Source: Marsupella aquatica (Eukaryota; Plantae; Marchantiophyta). Taken from it: a stretch of 64,000 nucleotides of DNA. Numbering within the stretch: position 1 is the stretch's first letter; each line of letters starts with the position of its first letter. This document shows positions 24,742 through 35,096 of the stretch, in pieces. The stretch covers positions 28,898,932 to 28,962,931 of the forward strand of contig OZ316892.1 of NCBI GenBank assembly GCA_973895155.1, written 5' to 3'. The translations under genes and the position numbers were made by a program. The notes under the pieces are model-generated. The model made no database searches. It was not told where the DNA came from and worked only from the letters and a program-made list of their open reading frames with translations.

Positions 24742-27092
24742 ATGATGAAGCTACAGATTGTCCCACACAATGTTCAAGGGTTGTGTGAGATGGATCGCAT
24801 TGCAAAGGTCCGCAACTTCATCAAGGAGTTTCGTACACGTCTGGATATATTCTGTGGTCAAGAGCATCACCTAAGGGAAGGTCGTCTCAATTCATTGTCT
24901 TATCAACTATGGAAGGAGGCTGATTTTTATTCCTGCCCAGCTGTGGATGGGGCGATGGTTTCCAGGAATCCTGAAGCTCACTTTGGAAAGGGTGGGCTGT
25001 TTACTGCTATTGGTCCTTGGTTGATTCCTTGTCTACAATTGGTGGGGTACCTTCCAAGTGGCAGAGGGATTTGGTGTACTTTCAAGCATCCAAAGCTTGG
25101 TTTCTTTGGAATCATCAATATCTATGCTCCCACTGGGTTTGAAGGTTCAAGTGAGCGTACTCTCCTCTAGAGGGAGATGTTCAAGGAGGTCTCAAATGAG
25201 GTTGTGTGGATCATTGTGGGTGACTTTAATATGGTGGAGGATCTATTTGACCAAGTAGGAGGACATCCACATACCATCTCAGGCGCAGAGAAACAAGCAT
25301 GGGAACATCTTAAACGTAAGATGCATTGGGTCGATACGTTTGAGAAACTGTCGGGCCAACTTAAATTCTCTTGGTGTAATCAAAGGTCTGCGAATGGTTC
25401 TATTTCCTCAGATAGAATATACCGCAGGCTTGATAGATGTTATGCCCTAGTGACCAACTCTGAGGTTCTCTTTTCATCAATCTCTCGCATTATTCTGGCT
25501 CAGTATCTATCGGATCATCATCCAGTGCTGATTTCATGTACCTCTGGAGTGAAAATTTCTCTCCTGTCAAGATTCAAAATGAATATTGCACACTTTAGGG
25601 AGGAAATCTTTCAGAAACAGATGGTGGAGTTACTGGTATCGGAAATATCTAAGCAGGGGAGGAAAAAGGTTCCACCAGACAAAACTCTTGAAGTTTGCCT
25701 TAAAAAGGCGACTAACTTTGACAGAGCCTGGGGTAAGAGAGAGGCGCTTAAGAGGACTTTTACTCTGAATAAGTTGCAGTCTGAAATGACTGTAGCTCAA
25801 GTGGCACTTGAAGCAGATCCTCAACAGTCTACGCTGCTACTTAACTTTCAGGAATGTCAATACAAGTTAAGGCAGTTGGAGGAAGGCAAGCTACGTTGGC
25901 TTCAAGAATCTTCTCAGATGAACTGGATTGATCATGGTGGCAAATGCTCTAAATCTCAGTTCCTTTCGTTTAAAGCCAGAGATAAAGAGACAGAGATAAA
26001 GGGGCTTTACGATGCCGATGGCATTGTTAAACATGAATGGAATGATTTGGCTACGATTGCAACTACATTCTTTTCAGATCTCTTATCTTCTAAGAATTGT
26101 CCATCAGACAAGGAGCTAAACCGTGTGTTGAAAAACGTTTCAATTCTGATCTCATCAGAAGATAAATTAATGATGGAAGCGGATATCACTCTCTCAGGGG
26201 GGTCACTATATGAAGGGTCATACATCACGTGTGACGGTTTGGGTCATTTATGACCCCCCTAAGTCACTTTCTAGAAAGTCGTACGACACCAATCATGTGA
26301 TGACACGTATACATTTTGCAATTAAACAACCCTATATTTCCATAGAAGACTTAATAAGTCTTCCGCCAAAACCATTTAAATGGCCCTATACTTCGTCGCA
26401 CATGATGTGTCACTTCCATGGAAGTGACCCCCCCCGAGATCACTTTGATGGAAATATTTGAAACTACGAAAGCTCTTGGTAAGGGAAAAGCTCCAGGTCA
26501 TGATGGAGTTCCTGTTGAATTTTTTCTCTCTTTCTGGGAGCAACTTGGACCTCTTTTACTTGATGCTTTGAGGTGGGGAATTGAAAAAGGCAGTTTCAAC
26601 TCCAATTTCCTGAAAGGCATTATTGTACTTCTGGCAAAAAAAGGGGATGAGTTATTGATTGAGAACAAACGACCAATCTCCCTTCTCACTGTAAGTTATA
26701 AAGTGGGTACGAAGACCTTTCAGTTACGTCTGGTAAAGGTGCTGATGAAGATGATATCTGCTCAGCAATATGCCTATCTACCTGGTCGGTCTATCCATCA
26801 TACTCTCTTACTTACGAATGAGATGATATCGCAAGCTCTTACATCTGAGGATCCATATGTGTGTATGAAACTTGACGTAATCAAAGCATTTGATAGAGTT
26901 GAGTGGATTTTCATAGAAAAAATGATGGAGAAAATGGGCTTTGGAGAACTTTTTTTGAGATTCTTTAGAGCAATTACAAGAAATATCGTGGGGATTGAGC
27001 TAGTTTCAAAGAGACTTTGGGCTGAATGGAGGGCTTTTTACTCTAGCGGATGGCTGCTTAGTAGTAGAGCTTCGACCTTTTTGGGCTTTTGA
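24742..27092 (+). pseudogene. LINE ORF2 (AP-endonuclease + partial reverse transcriptase), disrupted
   Basis: EEP motifs HNVQGL, GQEHHL, INIYAP, WIIVGDFN, RLDRCY, LSDHHPV; RT motifs KAPGHDG, RPISLL, KLDVIKAFDRVEW. Premature TAG at 25168, MITE insertion at 26193, and the RT is truncated after ~26980. Confidence 0.9.
26193..26438. mobile_element. 246-bp MITE with ~44-bp imperfect TIRs and 8-bp TSD (hAT-like), inside LINE ORF2
   Basis: Left ctcaggggggtcactatatgaagggtcatacatcacgtgtgacg versus right reverse complement ctcggggggggtcacttccatggaagtgacacatcatgtgcgacg; TSD atcactct/atcacttt. Excision restores D-I-T-L-M-E-I in frame. Confidence 0.85.
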
Positions 27093-28524
27093 CCCCCCTT
27101 GAAAATTGTTTAGACTCTGGCCAAGGTTTCACATTTATTTCTGTTGTGATCCTATGGCTTTAGGTTTAGGTCAGTTTTCTGTTGGGTATTCTACCCCTGC
27201 AGATGGTCTATCCTTCTAGTGGATTTTCGCCGGTGATCAGTCGCTCAGATCTTTATCTTGATCTCTTCCTGTTCTCTGGATTGAGTCTGGCCCTCACATT
27301 TGCTTTAGTTGTTTAGCTTATTGTCTGGGGTGCGTGACAATTTGTTGCCTTCACCCTCCTTAGTGTCCTGTTTTCCTGTGCTCTCATGTCTGGATGTGTC
27401 TGGTCGTTGAGTTGTTTCTGGTCTTTGATCTTTTCTGATCCGGCCTTTTTACTCCCGGTTTTATTGGGTTTTACTTTTCCTTTAAGTAAAGTACTCCTTT
27501 CAAGAAGGAAAAAAAAAAGGGTAGTAGGGGCTAGTCTATAAAATGAATGCTCTATGTAAACTTTGGCTCTAGTTCCTGTATATTTGAACTCTCTTCCTGA
27601 TAGCTATAGACCCCGCTATAAAATGAATGCTCTATGTGAACTTGTACTTGAGTTCAAATATCCAGGAACTCTGCTTGTCAAGTCGAGAAAGATTCAATTA
27701 AATCGCATTTGACCAATTTGTCATCACATAACATAATGTAGCCGAGGGATGAAGTTCTTGAATCGGCTCTTCACAGGGTCACACCTCTGTTCCCATACTT
27801 CTGTTCCAATGTGAACGGTTCTTCTTGTTGTCCTGTTTAGGAAAGGCATGGTTTATTACCTGAATAGTTAAATCTTTTCTTTTATCATAACTAGCCTTGG
27901 AGGTCTTATTCTAGTAGCAAGTGCGTAATTTTTGAGTAATAAATACCCTAAAATATAAGAAATAGAGATTGTTTCTCATTTCCCCCCTTAAATAATGGAA
28001 TAATCTAGAGTTGTTTCTAATGTTGGTACTAAAAACACTTAAGGTTCTTACAACTGTCACAATTGGATTAAAACATGTCTAATGCTCTCCAACAATTTTT
28101 TTAACCCTTTCGCCCAATTATATAAAACACCCTAACTTTATTGGCATGCAATAGGTCAAAAGAAAAGAAACAAAAACCCTGGGCAAGTAGCCCAAGCTCG
28201 ACAGTCTCATTAGGGGGTCTCAAATATGGGGCTGTCATGTGTGTTCCAGGGAGGTTACTTTTGCCCGTGAGGTGCCCTGTGGGCAAGTATAACAGGGGAA
28301 GGAATCTTTGTCACCGCAATTTTTTTACGCCCGTAATGTGACACTCTGGGGGGGGGGGGGGGGAGAAAGTGACTACGGGAGTCTGTCCCCAGGTGTTTCC
28401 GAAATGCCGCGGTCAGAGTGTGCGGCTAGCCTAAGGGTCTCCCGCACATTTTCAGGCCGTGTCCACCCGAACCTAACTCGGGCAGCTGCAAAACTCTCCC
28501 GGCCCGATATGTGAGTCCCCCTAT

Positions 28525-28839
28525 TAGGGCGTCTCAACCCTGCTCGTTCTAGGACTCCTTCCGGTCACCCGGATGCCTCTGGTCGCCGCCCAATATTGAA
28601 CACCGGTACCCAAAATCGGGTCCCAAAAAACCGGGGGTCTGAACTTTACCTCGCACCTAAAAGGAGTCCCGGCACGGGTTAGACCTGGGTTTTTCCAAAG
28701 CAAAATTGTAACCAAAAAAACCCGGTAAAAACTTTCCGGTCACCAAATCGGTGGGCCGACCACCTGATCCGGGCGGCCCGTGACTGTGAAATCCCGGGTG
28801 CCATTCAGAATTCCAAATGCTTAAGTTTGAGACACCCTA
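28525..28839. mobile_element. Probable MITE/non-autonomous DNA transposon with 14-15-bp TIRs
   Basis: tagggcgtctcaac ... gtttgagacacccta with internal ccggtcacc/cccgg subterminal-like motifs. The TSD is ambiguous (TA at most). Confidence 0.5.
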
Positions 28840-29114
28840 TTATATGGAGACATAATACCTGCCCGGGAAAAAGATTACCGGGCAAGATTTTCTGGGCACA
28901 GGGTTATGAAAATGGTAACACCTAGTACTAGAAAAGGTTACACACGTGACTGGTAACTTGAAGCCTTGCCTGACAAGTAAAATAGTCAAATGACTGACCA
29001 AAAGCTGCCCATTTGACTCATATTCCAAATTATTTCCCGGGTATTCCCTAACTTACCCAAACTTTGTCCCGACCCGGTCAGGGGGTCTCCCGGACTCCCC
29101 CGGTCTAGCGAGGC

Positions 29115-29305
29115 GTTGCCCCGGGCCGGGGTCGGGACGGGCAGAATGGGTGGGGGGCCGGGGCCGGGCTGGGGTTTGAAAATGGTGGGGGCGGGGTCGG
29201 GGCCGGGTTGAAAATGGTCGGGACCGGGGCGGGCCGGGGCGGGCCGGGCCGGTAACTTTTTCTTCCCGTCAGGAATTACGGGCCAGGCGGGCCGCGGGCA
29301 GGCTG
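29115..29305 (+). repeat. GC-rich GGGCC/GGGGC low-complexity array with G-quadruplex potential
   Basis: More than 15 G3-G6 runs, e.g. gggtggggggccggggccgggctgggg and gggggcggggtcggggccggg, in an otherwise ~40% GC background. Confidence 0.7.
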
Positions 29306-30619
29306 CGAAATTGCCCATTGCGATTATTTTCCAGATAAACGCGGGCAGGGGAGATTTCATGGGAACCGACATTTCGGTGCTCTTCGCGTGTTTGGAATAT
29401 TTGGATCGACGAGACTGCTGACTGAAAAGTGCCGTTGGAAGATGGCACAGCCGGAAGAGGCAGAAGAATGAGCTGATGAAGAGGCAGAGCTAGACCTCCA
29501 AAGCTTTGCTCGAAGAAGCTTTGTCCTGCGAGGCTACTGTTGAGGAACTCCGGCTCCTAGATCACTGTGTGCTGCTGCGAGCTGTGTTTGCTATGGTGTT
29601 GAATCTCTCTCTGGTCTGGAACGTCCGCAATGTTGTTACGCCTCATACCATTGGCTGGGAAGAGTGTGGGCTCGGAAATTGGGGAAACTGGCGAAGCCAC
29701 AGAATTGATTAGTGTTTAATGTTCGGTTTGTGAACGGCGTATTGAATTTGATCGAATAGTAGGTGTACAGGAAGGCCTGTGGACTCTCACCTGATTTTTA
29801 CATTCTCTTGTTGGATAGATCCATACTCGCGGTCCGCCATCTGCATTCGGCTTCTGGGATCTATTCTTCTCGCTTCAAGGTGGGGAAGCACCAATGACAA
29901 TCCTCTCCTTTGACAAAAGCAATCATTGAATATTAGTTTTGCAATGTATGGAGTTGATGGCTCTCTTATCGATTGCTGATTGGGTGCGGATCAATTTTTA
30001 TGATTCTGGTTGCTCTCTCCTTCTGTAACTTCATAAAAGTCTCCTAATCTCCATGGATGATTACGGGTAATGACACACAGCGTCTCCAAGGCTAGACTGG
30101 TTCGAGCCAGAGTTTTGGTGAACAGGCATATGGACAGGTTGAGCATAGCATTGCATAGTGGATTATTGGCTGGTTGGTTTCTTGGCCATGCTTGGTACCC
30201 ACCTTTAGAGCTCCTTTGGCATCTCTCGGTTCGATTGGGTAGACATCCGGAAATCAGTTCCTTTCTCGATTCTCGTTATCCCGTAAAATTGTAGCGTCGA
30301 AGCGAAAAGTTTGGCGTTCTGCTGGGCATTTCAATTCGGAGCTCGTTGTTGCCAGACTTTCTTGAATGAGATGGGCACGAAGCCTTTCTTGCAGAACCTT
30401 GGGCATTGATATTTGCTCACTCGGGTTCAGGATTGTTTGTCTTTGATTTAAAATTCCAGGAACATCAAGGAGTCATAAATGTTGGATGGTGCATCTCATC
30501 CGATTACTTGCAAGGATTGGAGACTGTTCATCGCCATTGGTATCATGATAATCGTTGTGGGTGAAGGAATGTTGGGCTAAGGCTTTAGTGGAACTTTACA
30601 TTTTGAAGCACGGTCAAAA

Positions 30620-33600
30620 ATGGGGGGAGATTCTACTAAGCGGGAAGAGGTGGAAAAGTCAGGGGATTTGATTCCTCCCGATGTAGCTGAGCAGGAAGAA
30701 CATGTGAGGTCCAATGATCCCGGAGTAGCTATTAGGCCATCCACGGACCTAGCCAACGAGGGAACGGAAGCGGAAGACGATGCCAAAGAGCTGGCTAGCA
30801 GTAGTGGCTCGGAACAGGGCCAAGAGATAGCTCTGTTCAGTCCTGGGTTCAGTTCGGTGGCTGCAAAAGCAGGTTGGGATGCTGAAGCGCTCTTGATGGC
30901 CGCACTCAGTCGGAGTCCGATGGATTCCGAAAGCAGGCCAGAGATCCTGCATGCCCCTCAGATCACTGATATGGATGCAAGGAAGCGCGACAAACACACT
31001 CCATTGAGCTCGGCTCGCAGGTAACACAACACCTCAACCCATAGTGTGTGCGTCAACTGAAAGATGTCTTTCATGGACAGGAAGCAAGTTCATGAGTCAT
31101 GGCCCGCAAGGGTATGTTCAGAGGTTGAGGGAGGGAAAGAAAAGGAGAAAGAGCATAAAAGTTCATCGGAGCATGTCGAAACACTGAAGTATAATAGTGA
31201 CTGCCTGGCATAGAACTTACTGAAGCATCTTGAGATTCTAATCGGAGAATAAATAACATGGTCAGTTTGTGAAGGTCTCGTTTCTTAGAGGAAGTATGAT
31301 CTTACCAGCATGGGTAGAACAGCATTTTGAAACAGATGCTTGATAGAATCAAGTCAGAATCTGAGTTAATTTTAGAGTGTCCAGTGCACTCGTGATTGCG
31401 GATTCATTCCCATATTTCAAGCCAAGAGCTTACCTGGACTTTTGACTGTTCGTGTACGTCTTGTTGTTCAAGAGTCTTCCGAAGCCATAAATCAAGACTA
31501 ATGAGTTCTGTGAGCTGACTTCAAAGCGATGAAGTGAACAATTTTCCACTTGAATAATTCCCATGCCAAATCTTGGGACCAAGATATCTTGTTTGTACCG
31601 GGTCTTTGTCAGGTTGCTTGCATCGCTAAATAACTTTGTCTCGTCTTCTACAGAGGAGATTCAATTTCAAAAACATTTGAGTAGGGGGGGCCTAGAGTCC
31701 CCCTTCCTAGATGCAATTGATCAGATATGTCAAAGTAACTGAAATACTCTTCAAATAACTTTATGATGACAGGCATAGGCGGGTTCGGTTGGAGAATAAA
31801 AATGGAAGCCCCCTCGGGCGGCTTCCCATGCAGCCATTGACTCTTGACAACGAACTCGAAAATATCGCTCCAGCAATTGAAAACTGTGAGTTCATCAGTT
31901 ACCCAGTCTAGGCTTCAAGTCTTTGCAATGGAACGTACTGTCAATTTGAATTGTCCACAGGGCTCTGCTTGATTGTGAGGAGCCTTGGTTCTGCCGCAGG
32001 CCCTGTCCAAGAGGGGAAGGAAAATTGTAACCATAATTCCTTGGCTTGTAACGGTGAGGATGACTTCAAGGGGAAGGAAAAAGAACGAACTCCCACCAAG
32101 CCGTTTTGTATGGATCAACTTAGAGAAGAACTTTCTTGTGCGGTAAGAGACTTCTTCTCTATCAGGATTTCTTTCCTAGTATCGTCTCGTTGACATTCTG
32201 AATTTAGGGTTCCAATTCTGGGTTTTCTTTCTCTCTTGTTTCTTTTGGTTCTCCTTGGAGAGAGGTGGGGAGGGGGGTGGGGGGTAATAATTTTTTCACT
32301 AGGGTTGAAAGATTTTAAGAGCTGTGAAAAGAAATTCTGATTTTTGTAGAACAGATTTAACGTTTGTTTACAATGATGACTGTGCATCGCTTACCTGCAG
32401 GTTTGCCTGGATATTTGCTTTGAGCCATCAACAATTTCCTGCGGGCACAGGTATGTTTGCAAAGTTGGGCTTGCTCATATTTTCTAGAGCTGTAGACTTG
32501 TACTAAGATTCAATTGTCCATTACAGAAGGCCTAAATCAGTGTGGCCAGAGCTTGATAGGATTCCATCGTGTTACCCCAACAATGTTAGTATCAACCGCA
32601 GTAATGATAGAAATTAGTGTAATTACTGGAGATGTAATTACTGGAGATGTAATTACTGGAGATGTAACCTGTAAATTGGTTTGAGGGTGAGTACTGAGTT
32701 GATAGACCCGATTCCTAGCTGTCCTTCTACATTAGCACTGTGCAGAATTGCTCAGAATCTTTGATGGCTGCGCCATTTCTCGTTCAGGAAGGTATACAAC
32801 CTTCTCGTGCACGTTTGTCACATAACTGACATCACATCCTTTGCAGCTTCTGTGGGACTTGTTTACAATCTGTGCTTCAAAAATGTGGTCCTCGGTGCCC
32901 AAAATGTCGCCAACCACTTCGGTATGCACCTCTGCCATTAACTCAACCATCGAGAATCTTGTGCTTGATCCAGATTCATCTGGGACGGCATGATCCTCGT
33001 CGACAAATTTGCGTGCACTGAAGATCCTGCAATTATGCCTTGGAACTGTTGAACAAGAAGCAGCTTTGTGTCGGCAGCTACTGGTGTTGGGAGGTGACAT
33101 AACGGAGTTGGTCTTGAGTTTTGCAAAGGTTTATTAACCAAAGAATTTCTGCTGTAGGAGTGAGGCATTGAGAAGCTGTCGTATCAATACGGTTTTATGG
33201 AACACCATTCAGATTTTGTTTCCCAAGGAGTCTGCAGCAAGAATGCAAGACAAGAAGGAGAATCTTGCCAAAGAAGCTGTAAATAGGGCATCCACTGAAG
33301 AGAATCGTTCTGGACGTTATCTGGGAACCAGATCTTCCAGAATGCAGCCGTGGCGAGGCTCAGCCTTCAATAACGTGAGTCGGCCAAGTGTTATAGAAAA
33401 CTTGAGAACCTCATTTCAAGCTGCCTCAGAGTTGATAATGCCCAGCAGCATGGCAAGGGACAATAATGGCAGGTTTGAGCAATATGATCCACAGACCTGG
33501 ATTAATAGGGACGATAGGGAGAGAGTGGGCCGCAGCCACAGTAGGACTACGAGGCAAACTCAAGCTCAAGCTACCCAGGAAGAGGTTGATGCGGCACTAG

Positions 33601-33857
33601 CTGCAAGATTACAGCAAGCGGAATTGAATGCTATGTCCGATGCCGAAGATGTACTCATGATTCAAGAGCCCGGAGAAGGATCCCGGATTCTAGGTAATCC
33701 AATAGCGCTTCCAAGAACAAATGGCACAGTTGCTTCGGCTGCTGTGAATCTTCGAGCGCTTCCAAGAACAACTGGCACAGTTGCTTCGGCTGCTGTGAAT
33801 CTTCGAACCGTTGCACAAAGAGCGACCCGACAACGGAGAGCAAGGATACGGGCCTGA
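30620..33857 (+). CDS. C3HC4 RING-finger E3 ubiquitin ligase, 6 exons (30620-31020, 31773-31885, 31961-32142, 32401-32450, 32847-32921, 33158-33857), ~506 aa
   Basis: Spliced MDQLREELSCA|VCLDICFEPSTISCGHS|FCGTCLQSVLQKCGPRCPKCRQPLR|SEALRSCRINTVLWNTIQILFPKE; exon lengths sum in frame (1521 nt). Confidence 0.88.
32618..32667. repeat. 15-bp tandem repeat x3 (tgtaattactggaga) in RING intron
   Basis: Directly visible in the sequence. Confidence 0.9.
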
Positions 33858-35096
33858 GTCCAGCCCAACTTTAGCTAGCAAAACTCTTCAGTCCTTTCCT
33901 ACATAATTTTGAACGCACACACAACCTACTTGTACAAATTCTTGCTCTCAGGCAAAGCATCTGCCCTTGCATACTCAGTATATCCACTCAATCCATGGAC
34001 AGTGGAAAATCCTATCTACGTCCCACTTTTATCGTGCGGGGGAGACGAATAAGCACAAGGGCAAGATGCGAGGGGTAATGCAGAGCCAGCAAGTCTGATC
34101 TGCGAGATGTTAGGCATACAAAATAAATGTCAACGTAATCCATGATAACTGCAGATATTTATGCGTCATGGATGAATCCCTGTGCTGGTAGTCCCGGACT
34201 TTCATTGGAGGATTATTGTGGTCATACTGGAACAGACTTATGCAACGTGTCCCCCTCCAGGTTTCCTTCGCATCAGTTGCCGTCAACATCTGAAGAAATT
34301 TAGTAACAATCAACACTAGGCTAGGCAAAGCTTAACTCTTGATGAAACATAGTAATCAAATTTGCACTAGAGGAAACTACAATGTCCGTCTATGCAACCA
34401 CTATGCCACACCATGATAGCTCGTATTTTACCAGGCCCGTGACCAAAGAGGAGACTTCGGTAGAGGGGAGAGGACTCACAATGAACTAGGGCTCGCCTTT
34501 GGCAATGTTCGAAATTTCAGGTTGAAAATTTGTTCTTACAGCCTAAAACAATCATCCCTCTATAAACGGACCCAGGTGCTGTTTCAAGGCAATGCGAAAT
34601 AGAGAACACAGACGAAAATCTGCCAGCGCTCGATTGTGAAGGCCCCAAGAAGCAACGTTTTGTTCTATGATTCCGAATTTTGCAGAGAAACGACAGAGAA
34701 AGTATGGAAAAGCAAAGAGGGAAGTTTTCACTTCAGTGAAACCTGCCTGAACGAACTAAACCTTGCGTATAATACAAATCCAAAGTACACTCGATGTATC
34801 TAAGCTCCAGCCGCCCTAAGCACGAACAACTCCCGCCATCAGTCACAAGACGAGTAGCTCCCCTAGTCTACTGAATCACTAAGATCTGAGGCAGGGATCT
34901 CGCATAGGGTGACGTGTCTTTCCCAGCTTCACCGTAGTACTCAGGAGGGGAGAGGTTCTCAAGATGGTTCACATCCAGATATCACAACGATAATTGCGAT
35001 ACACTATCCCACCATGAGCAACAGAAATGGTCGGAGACTGGTAAAGTACGAATTGTAATCTATTTGCCTCTTCCTACCGCTCGGCTCACCAGTTAT

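Larger units (their letters stand above)
22077..27515 (+). mobile_element. L1-clade LINE retrotransposon, 5'-complete but degenerate, with poly(A) tail and 13-bp TSD
   Basis: TSD aaagggtagtagg at 22064-22076 and 27516-27528; A-tail from ~27509 merging with the TSD; ORF1 and ORF2 below. Confidence 0.9.
21630..27534 (+). mobile_element. Non-autonomous Helitron split by a LINE insertion in its 3' terminus
   Basis: 21630-22076 aligns to the reverse complement of 62106-62858 (cttatttataaa..ggcttctagagt..tgtcaaatgataatcat..tttggtg.tattttatt.tactccc). The terminal ...gtagtaggggCTAG|T lies at 27521-27535, after the LINE. Internal ~35-50-bp tandem amplification at 21631-21810. Confidence 0.8.

Noticed and set aside
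28986-29372. Pro-rich 128-aa ORF (extensin-like)
   Set aside because: Translation of the GGGCC low-complexity array, with no signal peptide or gene structure.
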